Below, piece after piece: positions 40,905 to 51,868 of a stretch of 64,000 nucleotides of DNA. A program made the position numbers and the translations under genes. Numbering within the stretch: the stretch's first letter is position 1; each line of letters opens with the position of its first letter. The DNA comes from Pavona decussata (lineage: Eukaryota). The notes under the pieces were generated by a model. That model was not told the DNA's origin. It saw only the letters and a program-made list of their open reading frames with translations, and ran no database searches. The DNA lies in assembly GCA_977016875.1 (NCBI GenBank), contig CDRNST010000144.1, positions 5,332,001-5,396,000 on the forward strand, given 5' to 3'.

Positions 40905-43900
40905 CTAAATTGCGATGCTATTTGGTACTCTCTCCGGCAGCAAGTATTCATAAGGAAACTCCAAAGATGCATTACGCTGTTTGATGGCATTAGAGATCTT
41001 CTCGAGCGAGGACTGGAAACGAGAAATAGCACCTCCCACGGCTTCGCCAGTTAGTAAGCCCTGGGAATAGTCACCAATGAATCTCTGCGGGAAGAGATAC
41101 AGAAAGGGATTTATACATTATAAGCCAAAATGTTAAAGAAATGACAACAAAATGTTTTTATTTTACCTTTAGACAACAAAACCTTATCCAAAGAAGCCAT
41201 TGATGTCGCTTATTTATTTTTAACATCCAGAAAAAGACTAGACCAAGTGATACAGTGAAGAGACAACGTTGATTTATTTTCAAGCCAGAATTACTTTTCT
41301 TGTAAAAAAATCTCTTAAATAGCCAAAACGCCGAAGACTCAGTAACACAATATATAAGTAGAAACTTTTGGCACTAGGAAAAGGATTTTAAGAAAAAAAA
41401 TTGGAGGGATGTAGCTTTAACTTTCCATACATTTGTCTGTATAGCGAACCAGCCGTGAACTGTTACTAAAAATAGTTCGCGGGAAAAAATACAGGGAAAT
41501 GTATGGAAAGTTCAAAACACGACTGGTGCCAAAAGTTTCCAATTCATGAATTCTTCAGAAGCGATGTTTTATGAAAACTATTTGACATCGGATTTCCATA
41601 CAAACACTGTTATTTCACGCCTGTTTACCTACTCGTCAAAATGGCGTCGAAAACCGTGATGAGGCCTATTGCAAAATCAGCGCTAGTATTTTATACCGCT
41701 TGAGATAATCATACACCAAAGAATTTGCTGAAAAACCGCTTTTCACCTCAAACAACATAGCTGCCTGAGAAAATAAGGTAAATGCTATTAGATCTTATGG
41801 AAATCTCATGGAGATACCCGAGGAAGAGGATAAGCAGTGGTTGGTACTCTTTTTGTTTGTTACTAAAACTAGGTCAGTTAGGCCATTGCAAAGGAAACAT
41901 TTTATTGGTATGGCCTAAGATCGTGATGAAATAATATTCCTTACGAGTGAACCACCAGGGTTGGCTTTGTTTGCACAAATCTCACCTCATCATCAGCAAT
42001 CCTCGTCAGTGTGTACACAGTAGCAATATGCCATCCGGCTTGGGACTTGTTGGGCAGCGTATCCATGATCCTCTTTAGCGTTGAATCATTTTTCCTTGTG
42101 GGTGGAGGAAGGCGCATTACAGGGGGAATATTGGGAACGAAAGCTGTTATTTCCATCATAGGAAAGTTCACGGCTGCGTGTTGGCACGAGCACCCAAACA
42201 CCACACAGGTCAGCAAGTGAACAAGCTGTTCACTTGTTTCAAGGCTCTTGGGAAACTCGTGATCAACATCTCCTTCTCTTACGGGAAAACCATTGTCGTG
42301 AATGTCCATCACCCATGACTGCAACTCGTGATCGTTGGAAATTTGATCATCCGTCTGATAAAAAATGTTGGTGAATTCCCCGATGAAATGAGAGATGGCG
42401 TTCCACATACGAAGGCCGTCATCCCTGTTAAGTAAAGAATTTCATATGAAAGAATGATCTTTAAGAGATTTCCCTATAAGGATGCTTCACAAGGCACGCT
42501 GGTTGTACGCGGGCACCTTTTTTTTATGCGTCGGCATTTGAAAAAATGTTTTCTAGTGTGTACCAAAAAAATTTGTCAAGTTTCTCCTTGACAAGTTCCC
42601 ACGAAAAACGCGGTCACATTTTTTGCATGAACATGTCAACATTATAACGAAAAGGTATCAACAAAAACCAGCCTTATCCAGACGTCTCCTTGTATTGATA
42701 TGTACGAGTTCTCTTACTCCAAGAGATTACACTACTAATAACAAATTTGATTACCCAATTTACTTTAAAGTACCTGTAATAGTAGTTAGGCAATTTCTTG
42801 GTATCATCCACTCCTCTCTTCTTTAACATGTCAGGGAAAGAGAGCATCTCAAATTTGAAATTCTTGTACGTCTTTTCCAACAGCTGAATATGGCCTCCTC
42901 CTCCAACACTAAGAGTCTTATCAACAATTCCTCCTTCTGCTATGAGCTCGTTCCTTCCAATAGTGTTGATGGCCATAACAGAACGAAGCTGAGGGAACAG
43001 GAGCTGAAAGACAGGATGGATGGACGGCAGTTGACGCCATGACGCAACAGCAAATGCTTCCATTACCAAATGGGTCTTCATCAAGTGGGTTCCCATCTGT
43101 ATAGAATAAAAGGAAGTAGATTTTCCAAGCATCATTTACTGTGTTTTGAATTTCTGCTACGTTTGTCCAGTAAATATACCCGTTTGCCCTTTAGTGACTG
43201 GTTTACCTGGAGATAATGGCGCCTGACAAGAAGAGAAAAGATACGATGGCAAAGAGCCAACGACTCTAAGATCTTCCGATCGTCCGATCAAAAATCCGAC
43301 GCGCTAACCACTACACCACCGGGCCTCCACTAAGGACGATTAATTAAAAGCAAGCTATGATTTTCGGAGTAATTTCTTATTCAGCTTCTAATTAAATTAC
43401 AAATGTATGAACGTTCGCATTGCCTAAATAAAACGCTTAAAACCTGATGAATTTGATGATCGGCATTACGGAACCACATCTTTGCCAGCAGCCAGTCATA
43501 TTGTGAATCGTCAGGAGTCCATATTGGGTTGGTGTCATTCGGTTGCTGGAACAGCTGAATGGCAATAGGCACCAGGTCTCCGCAGCTCTTGACGTAAAAT
43601 AGGCAAAGAGGCTCTGTTGCGTAAGATTTAGACTTTGAATTGCCATCCTCTCCTCCGCGTTTGATGCCGGAGAGTTCCTTGTAATCAACAATGTAAACGT
43701 GTCCCGCCTGGTTGAAGTAAAGCTTACATTAGCTATTTCCATATTTTGGTTTGGTAGCCGGACCAGTATGGACTTTTTTCATCTACGTTTGTAAGTTGGG
43801 TTTATTAGGGATATAGCTACATTCTAAGAAATGCAAGAAATCACCCGGCTTGTAATTAAGGACGTGAGCACAGCTGGAAAAAGTTGAGGTAGTGCATGTA

Positions 43901-45858
43901 CCACAGACCTGTTCCTAATTTATTGGAGGAGTTCCAAATTCCCTGAGATCCGGCCATCCCTAATTTCTCAGTCTCTTGATGATTAAGGCCCTTTCTTCGA
44001 CACTCAATTTGCAGAACTCGTTTCATAAATTTATTCCGCCTCAAAAATGAAGATACCTTGAGTTTTAAACAAGAGTTTAACCAGGCTTTATTGTATGGCC
44101 GCCTCCGAGGGAGTAATATGAACCTCATCGAATATAACATCGCTGTGTTATATTGACAGGCTACCCGAGCGAGGAAGAAATTGGAGCAATCTTGCCTGCT
44201 CTGGATTTCCTCGTTGTACCATGGACAATGCAAACCTTTCTTGTTATTTTCAGTAGAAAGGCATACAAAATTGTTCGGAAAACCCTCTATATTTTCTTTA
44301 GAAAGGAAGGGAGCATTTGATATTGGTTCTAGGTATTTTTTTGGTGTTTGCTTCATTTGCATGTTTCGTTGAATCAGCGAGTTGGTCGGTGAGTTGTTGT
44401 TTCCTGATTTTCATCATTCAGACTACAATGCATGAGAACTTAAACTTATTTTTTCTGAGCTTTTAAGTTATGTAGAGTTATGAACTTATTCGCATTCCTG
44501 CATTACTGTTTTCTTAAACACACAGCGTTGTGATCAAAACGGTGAAGTTCAAAAACCATTTTTAACCAACACCGCCTAGGAAGAACCTCGTGATCTGCTA
44601 AAAATGGCGACCAGAGTTGCTGGCTTTCGATTCTTTCGGTATTTGAGAAAAGCTAGACTTTGCTTATCCGAAAATTATTTACTTCCTTTAAGCATTTTTA
44701 AAGTTATTACCCCTTAAAGTTATTTTTTGCATTATTTCATGCTTAAGCCAGTTTCACAATTATTAACTCCTTAAAGTATTTTTTTTGCTTTATTACATGC
44801 ATGCTTTGCTGATGCTCCTGTAAATCCACTAAGAATGAAAATTCAGCATGAGGACGTTCTGTCCAAACACAGCAGTTTTATGTCTCTTATATATTGTAGT
44901 TTGATTAGACAGTAATGACCTCTTACTAAGTAAGCTCGAGGGTCGTACTGGGAAATACTGACGTAAGGTCATTGCAGTTCGGACCGAGTGGCATCTTTAG
45001 CTTCCTTATGAGTTACTTCATGCTCAAGACACGAGGTCTATAAATTCTAAACTATTATCGATACCATCACAGTGTAGCAGCAAGTAAATTTTCCCATCGT
45101 CACAACAATGTAATAAATTGTCCAGATTTTTGTTTCAAATACAAGAAAGCGATTAAATACTGTTTATTCGCAATAGTGCCATGCTATTGCGGCCTTACCG
45201 AAAGATACCAGTTTAAGTGATAATGCAGATGAAACGCAATGTATGTAAAATACCTTTACACTTCCTTTTAATACTAATTGGACCCATCTTAAGAATAATT
45301 TGATGTAAGCTTACTTATACCTTAATCTCTTCCGTCAATGTCATCCCTCGATCGAGAACGTTCTTAACCATGTCATTTGTAACAGGAAAGTTGCTCGGCA
45401 ATTGGCGGCATTTTTCGATCACACTTGGATTGCAACCATTCAGGAACTGGTAGCCAAATATTCGGTCTTCCATCCACAGTTCATCCCGAGAAAGTTTAGG
45501 CACGTCGCCTGTCCAACCAGTGAAGATCTTCTTAAAGCTGTCAAAATTCTCCCAGCTGTCAAATAGAGTGCAGAGGTAGGACAGACCAAGGTTAACTTTT
45601 CCTTTCAGAGCACCTAAATGAAAAGAGCGTGATGCCTCATCAGAGAATTGTGAATCTCGTGGGAGATCGTCGTGTTTGGCGGCGTGAATAAAACCCGGCA
45701 AATCGACTACACCAGGAGGAAGTTGTCCCCAGCGGTACTTCTCTTTACGTTCTTGAATCTCGAGAACTCGCTGAGCACTGATGACTTCCGGTTGATCTTG
45801 AAACGGAAGGAGAGCTATAAATGAAATTAAACAAACAGAATGGAATTCAGCATAACCT

Positions 45859-45897
<39 letters not shown>

Positions 45898-48800
45898 AAA
45901 TGAAATGCGTATTAGCCCCTTCTGAAGGTTTAGTTCCCATGTTGAATTAAATTGCTTGAAAACGAACAAAATATGTCACAGTAAAGAAGTCTTCGTGACA
46001 AATATCTTGATAATATGCCATCCCTCAATATGCAAAGGCAATGATTGAGACCAAAGAGCTCCTAATTTAAACTTTCACTGACGTTTGTCATGGCATGTTA
46101 GAATACCTTTTCCTTGAAAAATAACCATATCGGATACTACCCAGCGATAGCAAGGAAACTGGAAGGCTTTCTCTTGTGTTGAACTTGCCACAATGATATT
46201 GTTCACAAACCAATCAGAATTCCTCAACCAGCCACTTCTATTGTTGTGAAGCTGGACCATCAGCACTTCACCGACATCCATGGCCTGCACCGTGTACTCA
46301 TCCGTGTGCCCTGCTTCGAAATCATTGCGCCAGGAATCCAGAGGAATCTTCTCCGTTTTACCTTTTGTTCCTGAAACGTGTTTCCAAATATGCAGTAGCA
46401 TAGGGAAAAATACGAAAATGACATATGTAAGTGGCAATGTAAACAAAATAGCTGTGACGAAAGCTAGCGTTAGTTGAGGGAAAATGTAAAAGGAAGGATA
46501 TAACAACGTAGACATCGAAGATTAAACACCTTATGGGGCCGGTCTAACCAGTGGTCGAAGAAGGACTTACAAACTCGATTACGGGTTCAGCATCATGACT
46601 AAGTGCTACGTAGAGTACGAAGGCTAGAGGAATTAATTATTAATGGTTCAGTATCACGCCTTACCATTTCGTGGAAAAAAGTATCTTTTCTTGGAACATC
46701 AATCTAGTTACTTAACGTTTGTTTGTTTGTTTGCTTGTTTTTTTTATAAAGTGGTTTCTGTCAGTGTACATAGCAGATCATGTAAGAAGTGAGGAATCAG
46801 AAAAAAAAAAAAACTCTCCAGTGTAAATTTAAGTGCTGAAAAGAAGGTAATTAATTTCCCAGCGATATTAAAAAAAAATAAAAAATAAAATGTAGGATTC
46901 GAACTCACGAGGCGCCACATTTAATTTCAGGTAATATAAATATCATATCTAACTCGCAATCAAAGAAGATACTTTAGCTTAGTTCATTTTGGTTTCCTTG
47001 CGCATTAAGGATGTTGCCTAGAGAAGCGCCCCCAAAACACCAGTTTACTATAGCTGCACCGCGGTTCTGGCGATACAGACAGGTAAAGAAACTGGAAACT
47101 AATGATATTACAATCCACCTGCCACACAGTGCAAATAACGATATGGAAGTAGTCGATTGATTTAGGTGGATATGTAGTACAGATAACAATTGTCGAAGCT
47201 GCATTCGAATACGTACACCTTAAAAAATCATCAATTTATCAATTTCAGCAAGGAGAGCTCTAAATTCATGAAATTACACGACAGATTTACCTGTCAGTGA
47301 CACAGAAATGTCCGCATTAGTTCCAGCTCTCGACTGGCTCCCAGTCTCCACGCTGATGTCATACGTGGCCACGTTATCTGGTACTTGGCTTGATCTCTTG
47401 ATCGATCGAACTTTTTGCGTCCTTGGATACACTTCCTTTCTTATATGAACTATACAGTTAGGGTGGTAGATAGAGCGCGCTGGTAGTAATTCAAGGCAAG
47501 GTGATAGATTGCCAGGGTTAAAATGTAGTTGCTCTGTAACATCCGGGCTTAGGAGTACCATTAGTGTGACGTCAGCCACATCCAACCAGTGATGAGTGGC
47601 CTCGTCCCAGTATCTCGCGATGTTCAAAATGTCGGGTGGATCATCTGATTTGGGCTCATGTAGAGTCAACTGAAGTTTGAATTTCACTGGTCCACCAGAA
47701 AGCCTCTCTTTGAACTCTGGCTTCAGATAATCTTTGCTTCTAGTTTCTGGTGGCAACCTCTTTTGATCCCTACAGCAAAGTTATTTGGTAAACATATCTA
47801 TTTAAAATGAATAATAGATCGGTCAAGTCGATAAGTGAGTGAGAATATACAAGTAAAAAAAATTTACAAGTTCAACAAGTTTGTGGATTGATAGAGCGGT
47901 TTTCAATCGAGTTTCTTAAAAAAGGCGCTCTGTTATTGATAAGCAGAATTAACCAAAAAGGAACAAAACCAGTCGTGATTGGTCGCACGCTTTTCCCCAT
48001 GCTTTAAGCCGCTTTAGTCATTGTATTGCTTACGTCTGTTGTGATTGGCCAGAGTAGCTTTACTTTTATTTTTAGTTTTATGACAGTTTATAAAAAATCG
48101 ATCCAAACAAACAAACAAACAAACAAACAAACAAACAAACAAACAGACAAACAAACAAACAAACAAACAAACAAACAAACTGAAATTTGCGTTTTCGTTC
48201 TGTTTGCAAACATTAGCAACAACAACGATAGTTTTCGATTGTCGGTTTTTTTCCGGTAACAGACTTGGACAAATATTCTCTTCCTTTCCGCCCCACAATA
48301 AAATTCTAGCCAAGTTTTTCAGTCAATTTTTTTTTGTCCAGGACTAAACCAACTTGGAAAACTAGTACTCTTTACTAAATCCGTTTACACTCGAATTTTT
48401 ATTATTAGTTTTTTTTATTGTGTAATTTTGTCCTTTGATAGCTATAGGTAATCGGCAAAGGTCAATCATCCCCGTGGAAGTATACGCCAAAACACCACAA
48501 GGTGATACGGGTAATTTATAAATTTAATAAATCAAAACGTTTTCAAACTCCTAACGTAGCCTTGCGTACATTATGAACATTATAGTCCAAGCACGAACGT
48601 GGTGTATGGTAATGCAGTGGTCTCTTTTTGACCAATTATAGGGCTCGAATGCCTTTTGTGTTTTGATAAATACCTTAGACTGCCATTACAAGCCCTTACC
48701 AAACATTCCTCTGATCTTCTTCTGACAGTAAACCTGTTTCCGGTGTCTCATTAGCTGGCATTAGTCGGAATCTGACGTAACGTTTGACGCCATCAAACGC

Positions 48801-51273
48801 TTTAAAATCGTAGATAATCTCTGAGTAATACCGCTGGTCGCAAAACGATTCCGGTGCACGACGTAGACCTTCGATGTTACCGGCAAGGCTGAAATTTTAA
48901 GATAATCGGATACATTAACTTAGTAACCCTGTTTGTAGAGTAAAAGCAAAACATTTATTTCACAGCAGCTATAAGCAATGATAAAACTATCCACTATATT
49001 TGTTGCAGGTAATATTACGCCATAAACTGGGCATCTCGAATGCAACGGCTTGTCTTGATCACATCATTCAGAATTTTGCTTGAAAACGACTGCTTTCGTA
49101 CGGTATAAGTTGTATACCACATACAGCTCCAACTTACTGCTAGTGAAGGACATTGAACTGCCTCCACACCGCCTCCTTGAAAAGCTGTACGACGCCTCCA
49201 GAAAGTTTCAAGTAATTCGGAAGTTAAGAGAGACATAATATCCCGCATGTAACAATCATGGGGTAAAGAAAAAAAGCCTGATTCTCCAATAGGAATTGAC
49301 CCCATAAAATTCCGTACATCACTCTGATGGTTTAATAACTGTCAGTTAATGAGGGAATATTTTTTCACAAATACATTTTTAAGGTTGGGATTCTCTATCG
49401 AATAGTGAACAACGAAGACAATAGAAAAATTACGGCCTTTAAGCTTCAAGGGGAAAAAACACAAAGTCCGAGTGGCTGCTAGGACAATTAATGTCGAAAG
49501 GAGAAAGAACGCTGGCAGATTTTAATAGATCACTGATGTATTAAAAGTTTAGTTTTAACTTTAATAGATCACTTACCTAATAAAATTTGATGAGACAAAC
49601 ATAAAAGAAGGGATATCTATTGCGTATATCTAATCAATAACCAATAAATTTCGGGAAAAACGTTCGGGAATGCCCCTGCAGAAAACATATATACTCACTA
49701 ATCAGGTCTTTTCAGGTAATAGCCCTTCAAGTCACCACTTCGGGTAGCTTCTAGTGCATCATATATACCCTGCACATCCCAGAAAATAGCGGATCTTCCA
49801 GTTGACATAAGAATGTCTAACGAACTTTCTTCATCGCTGTCAGCAAATCGTATTGAGGCACTTAAGAAGTTCAACCCCGCATCATCGATGGACTTTAAAG
49901 TTGAATGGCGAAGGCACACAGGATAACAACGGCCAGGAGTGAAAAACTCGCAATTAGGGAACTGGGGATCAGCTACGATTGTCGCGATGCCCTGGGCTCC
50001 AATGCCGTCTGGATGAGTTGGCCGCTTACCCGTTAACCATGCAGCAGTGCACATAATAAATTTAAGTTTCTTCTTTTCGATGTAGAGATTGACCTTATCG
50101 AAAATACTGCTTGGTGGATTCTGAAACCACAGAAATGGTTTGAAGTAGACATACTTTCTTTTTGAAACGATAAAGAGATTAGTTACAACGGGATTAAAAA
50201 AAATCATGTCTGCCGTGTACATGTGGGAGTAGAATAGAATTAAATCCCAGTGTCATTAAGAATAAGTACGAACAAATATTAGAATTAATATCAAATGAGG
50301 TAGTGATAATTTTTTCATTTCAAGTTTAACTAACATCCTTATTTCTTCTTTACTTGCTCTGATCTACTCCCAGTGACAACTCCTTTTCCCTATCTGAGTT
50401 CCAATTAACAACCTGCTCAAATGTTCGCAGCTAAATATCTAATTTTTAAACATGTTTGAGTTTTACACATCGTGAAAACTTAAGGTTCCAGAGGTTACTC
50501 CCGGACGTTACTTAACCAAGAAAACCTAATCGAGACTACTTAAGCAAATAGCAAACTTCCGAAGGAAAATTCAGAAAGAACTGCAGTATAAAGAGGGCAA
50601 CCTCGAACTGACGTCACAGCAAAATACGTACGAGTGCAAACCGGGACCTTGAGCTCAGTGCCTTGAATGACAAGACCAGCATGACAGTCACAAGCTACCG
50701 AGTAGTGTAAATAAAATTACTCAATACTTAAATTTTCTTTTGTTATTTATTATTATCTATTGTTATAACGACAATAGTCGATTGTTAAGAAACAATACTT
50801 ATCTTACTAGGTTAATGTGACAAACATCCTAGGATTTGAATGTCGATGCGTGGTATATGTGGAAGAAAGACCCCAGTTGGGAGAACTCGGGTTTTCTTTT
50901 CCCTAATAATATTGCCTGTGTGACTAGCTGAAAAAAATAGATCTATTGTAAATTGATTTGATCGTTTTGTGAGAAAGGTTCTCATATATATTATTCCCTG
51001 ATCTTCTGAGTCAAATCTCATGTTAGCTGATAACTTTGTGTTTTACCGTTATTGCTTCCTTCATCTTCCTGTTGAATTCCTCTTCTCCCTTGATTTCTTT
51101 GTAAATGTCATAGCCAAAGTTTTTCCCTAAAAGAATTGAAAGATAAAACTTCAGTAGGTCAAATTTAAGAACCCCCAAAATATAACAAGTTTAAATCTGC
51201 TTACAGTTCAGGAAACACAAGCTCTTCAGTATGCAACTTGAAAAGGTTTCCACTGAAAGGGTTATTATTATTA

Positions 51274-51349
<76 letters not shown>

Positions 51350-51431
51350 AGGCAATTCACACTATCAGAGAGTCCAAGAAGTCGTGAAATTCGTAAAAGG
51401 CGTAAAAGGGAACATGGCACATACATTCCAT
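40905..51431 (-). CDS. AOS-LOX: Allene oxide synthase-lipoxygenase fusion (catalase-related haem domain + PLAT + R-type LOX), copy B, intact, about 1046 aa
   Basis: Eleven GT-AG coding exons: 51425-51431, 51047-51126, 49699-50120, 48700-48888, 47291-47769, 46107-46370, 45321-45814, 43444-43707, 42774-43096, 41986-42424, 40905-41084. Each has the same length as its copy A counterpart and no stops were seen. Motifs: KRPTH, RKEVY, THLMKTHL, INTIGR, QHAAVNF, C-terminal Ile. Confidence 0.95.
48104..48180. repeat. (AAAC)n microsatellite
   Basis: Tandem CAAA units. Confidence 0.95.
51262..51348. repeat. (TTA)n microsatellite in intron 1 of AOS-LOX B
   Basis: Tandem TTA units. Confidence 0.95.
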
Positions 51432-51699
51432 TTTTCCTCAGCTTTCCTCTTTGGCAAATGTCCTGTGAAATTAAGAAGAAGCTGTAAGGCATTCACATTG
51501 ATTACTAAGGATTCTGCAAAGATTATTTTGTCAGTTTATACTGTCAAAGTTTCGCTTGTTCAAAGTATGTCTTGACCAAACTGGTTCGTGCTGCAGTTTT
51601 GCTTAACACTTTAAAAGACGTTGACGTCAATAGGACACGTGAATTTTCCTTGATCTTTCAAGTATTATGCTTATTTCGCATCACCCTCAAACCTGGACA

Positions 51700-51868
51700 A
51701 TAAACCATTCTCACTCGGCGGCCAAGTTGAGTCTCAGGAGAATAGAAAGCTTTGTTTTTGCACGGCTAGACTCGCCCACACGCACACGCAGTGCGAGGCT
51801 AACCGTGCAAAAACAAAGCTTTTTTTTCTCCTGAGACTCAACATGGCCGCCGAGTGAGAATGGTCTAT
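51700..51868. mobile_element. Near-perfect palindromic MITE (about 75-bp arms) about 270 bp upstream of the AOS-LOX B start codon
   Basis: ATAAACCATTCTCACTCGGCGGCCAAGTTGAGTCTCAGGAG... / ...CTCCTGAGACTCAACATGGCCGCCGAGTGAGAATGGTCTAT. Confidence 0.8.

Noticed and set aside
40905-51431. Copy B as an uncollapsed haplotype of copy A
   Set aside because: Many exonic substitutions, and largely non-homologous introns with different TE content.
51231-51575. Poly-Ile ORF (also the poly-Leu 28687-28887 and FVCL-repeat 48014-48313 ORFs)
   Set aside because: Translations of microsatellites.
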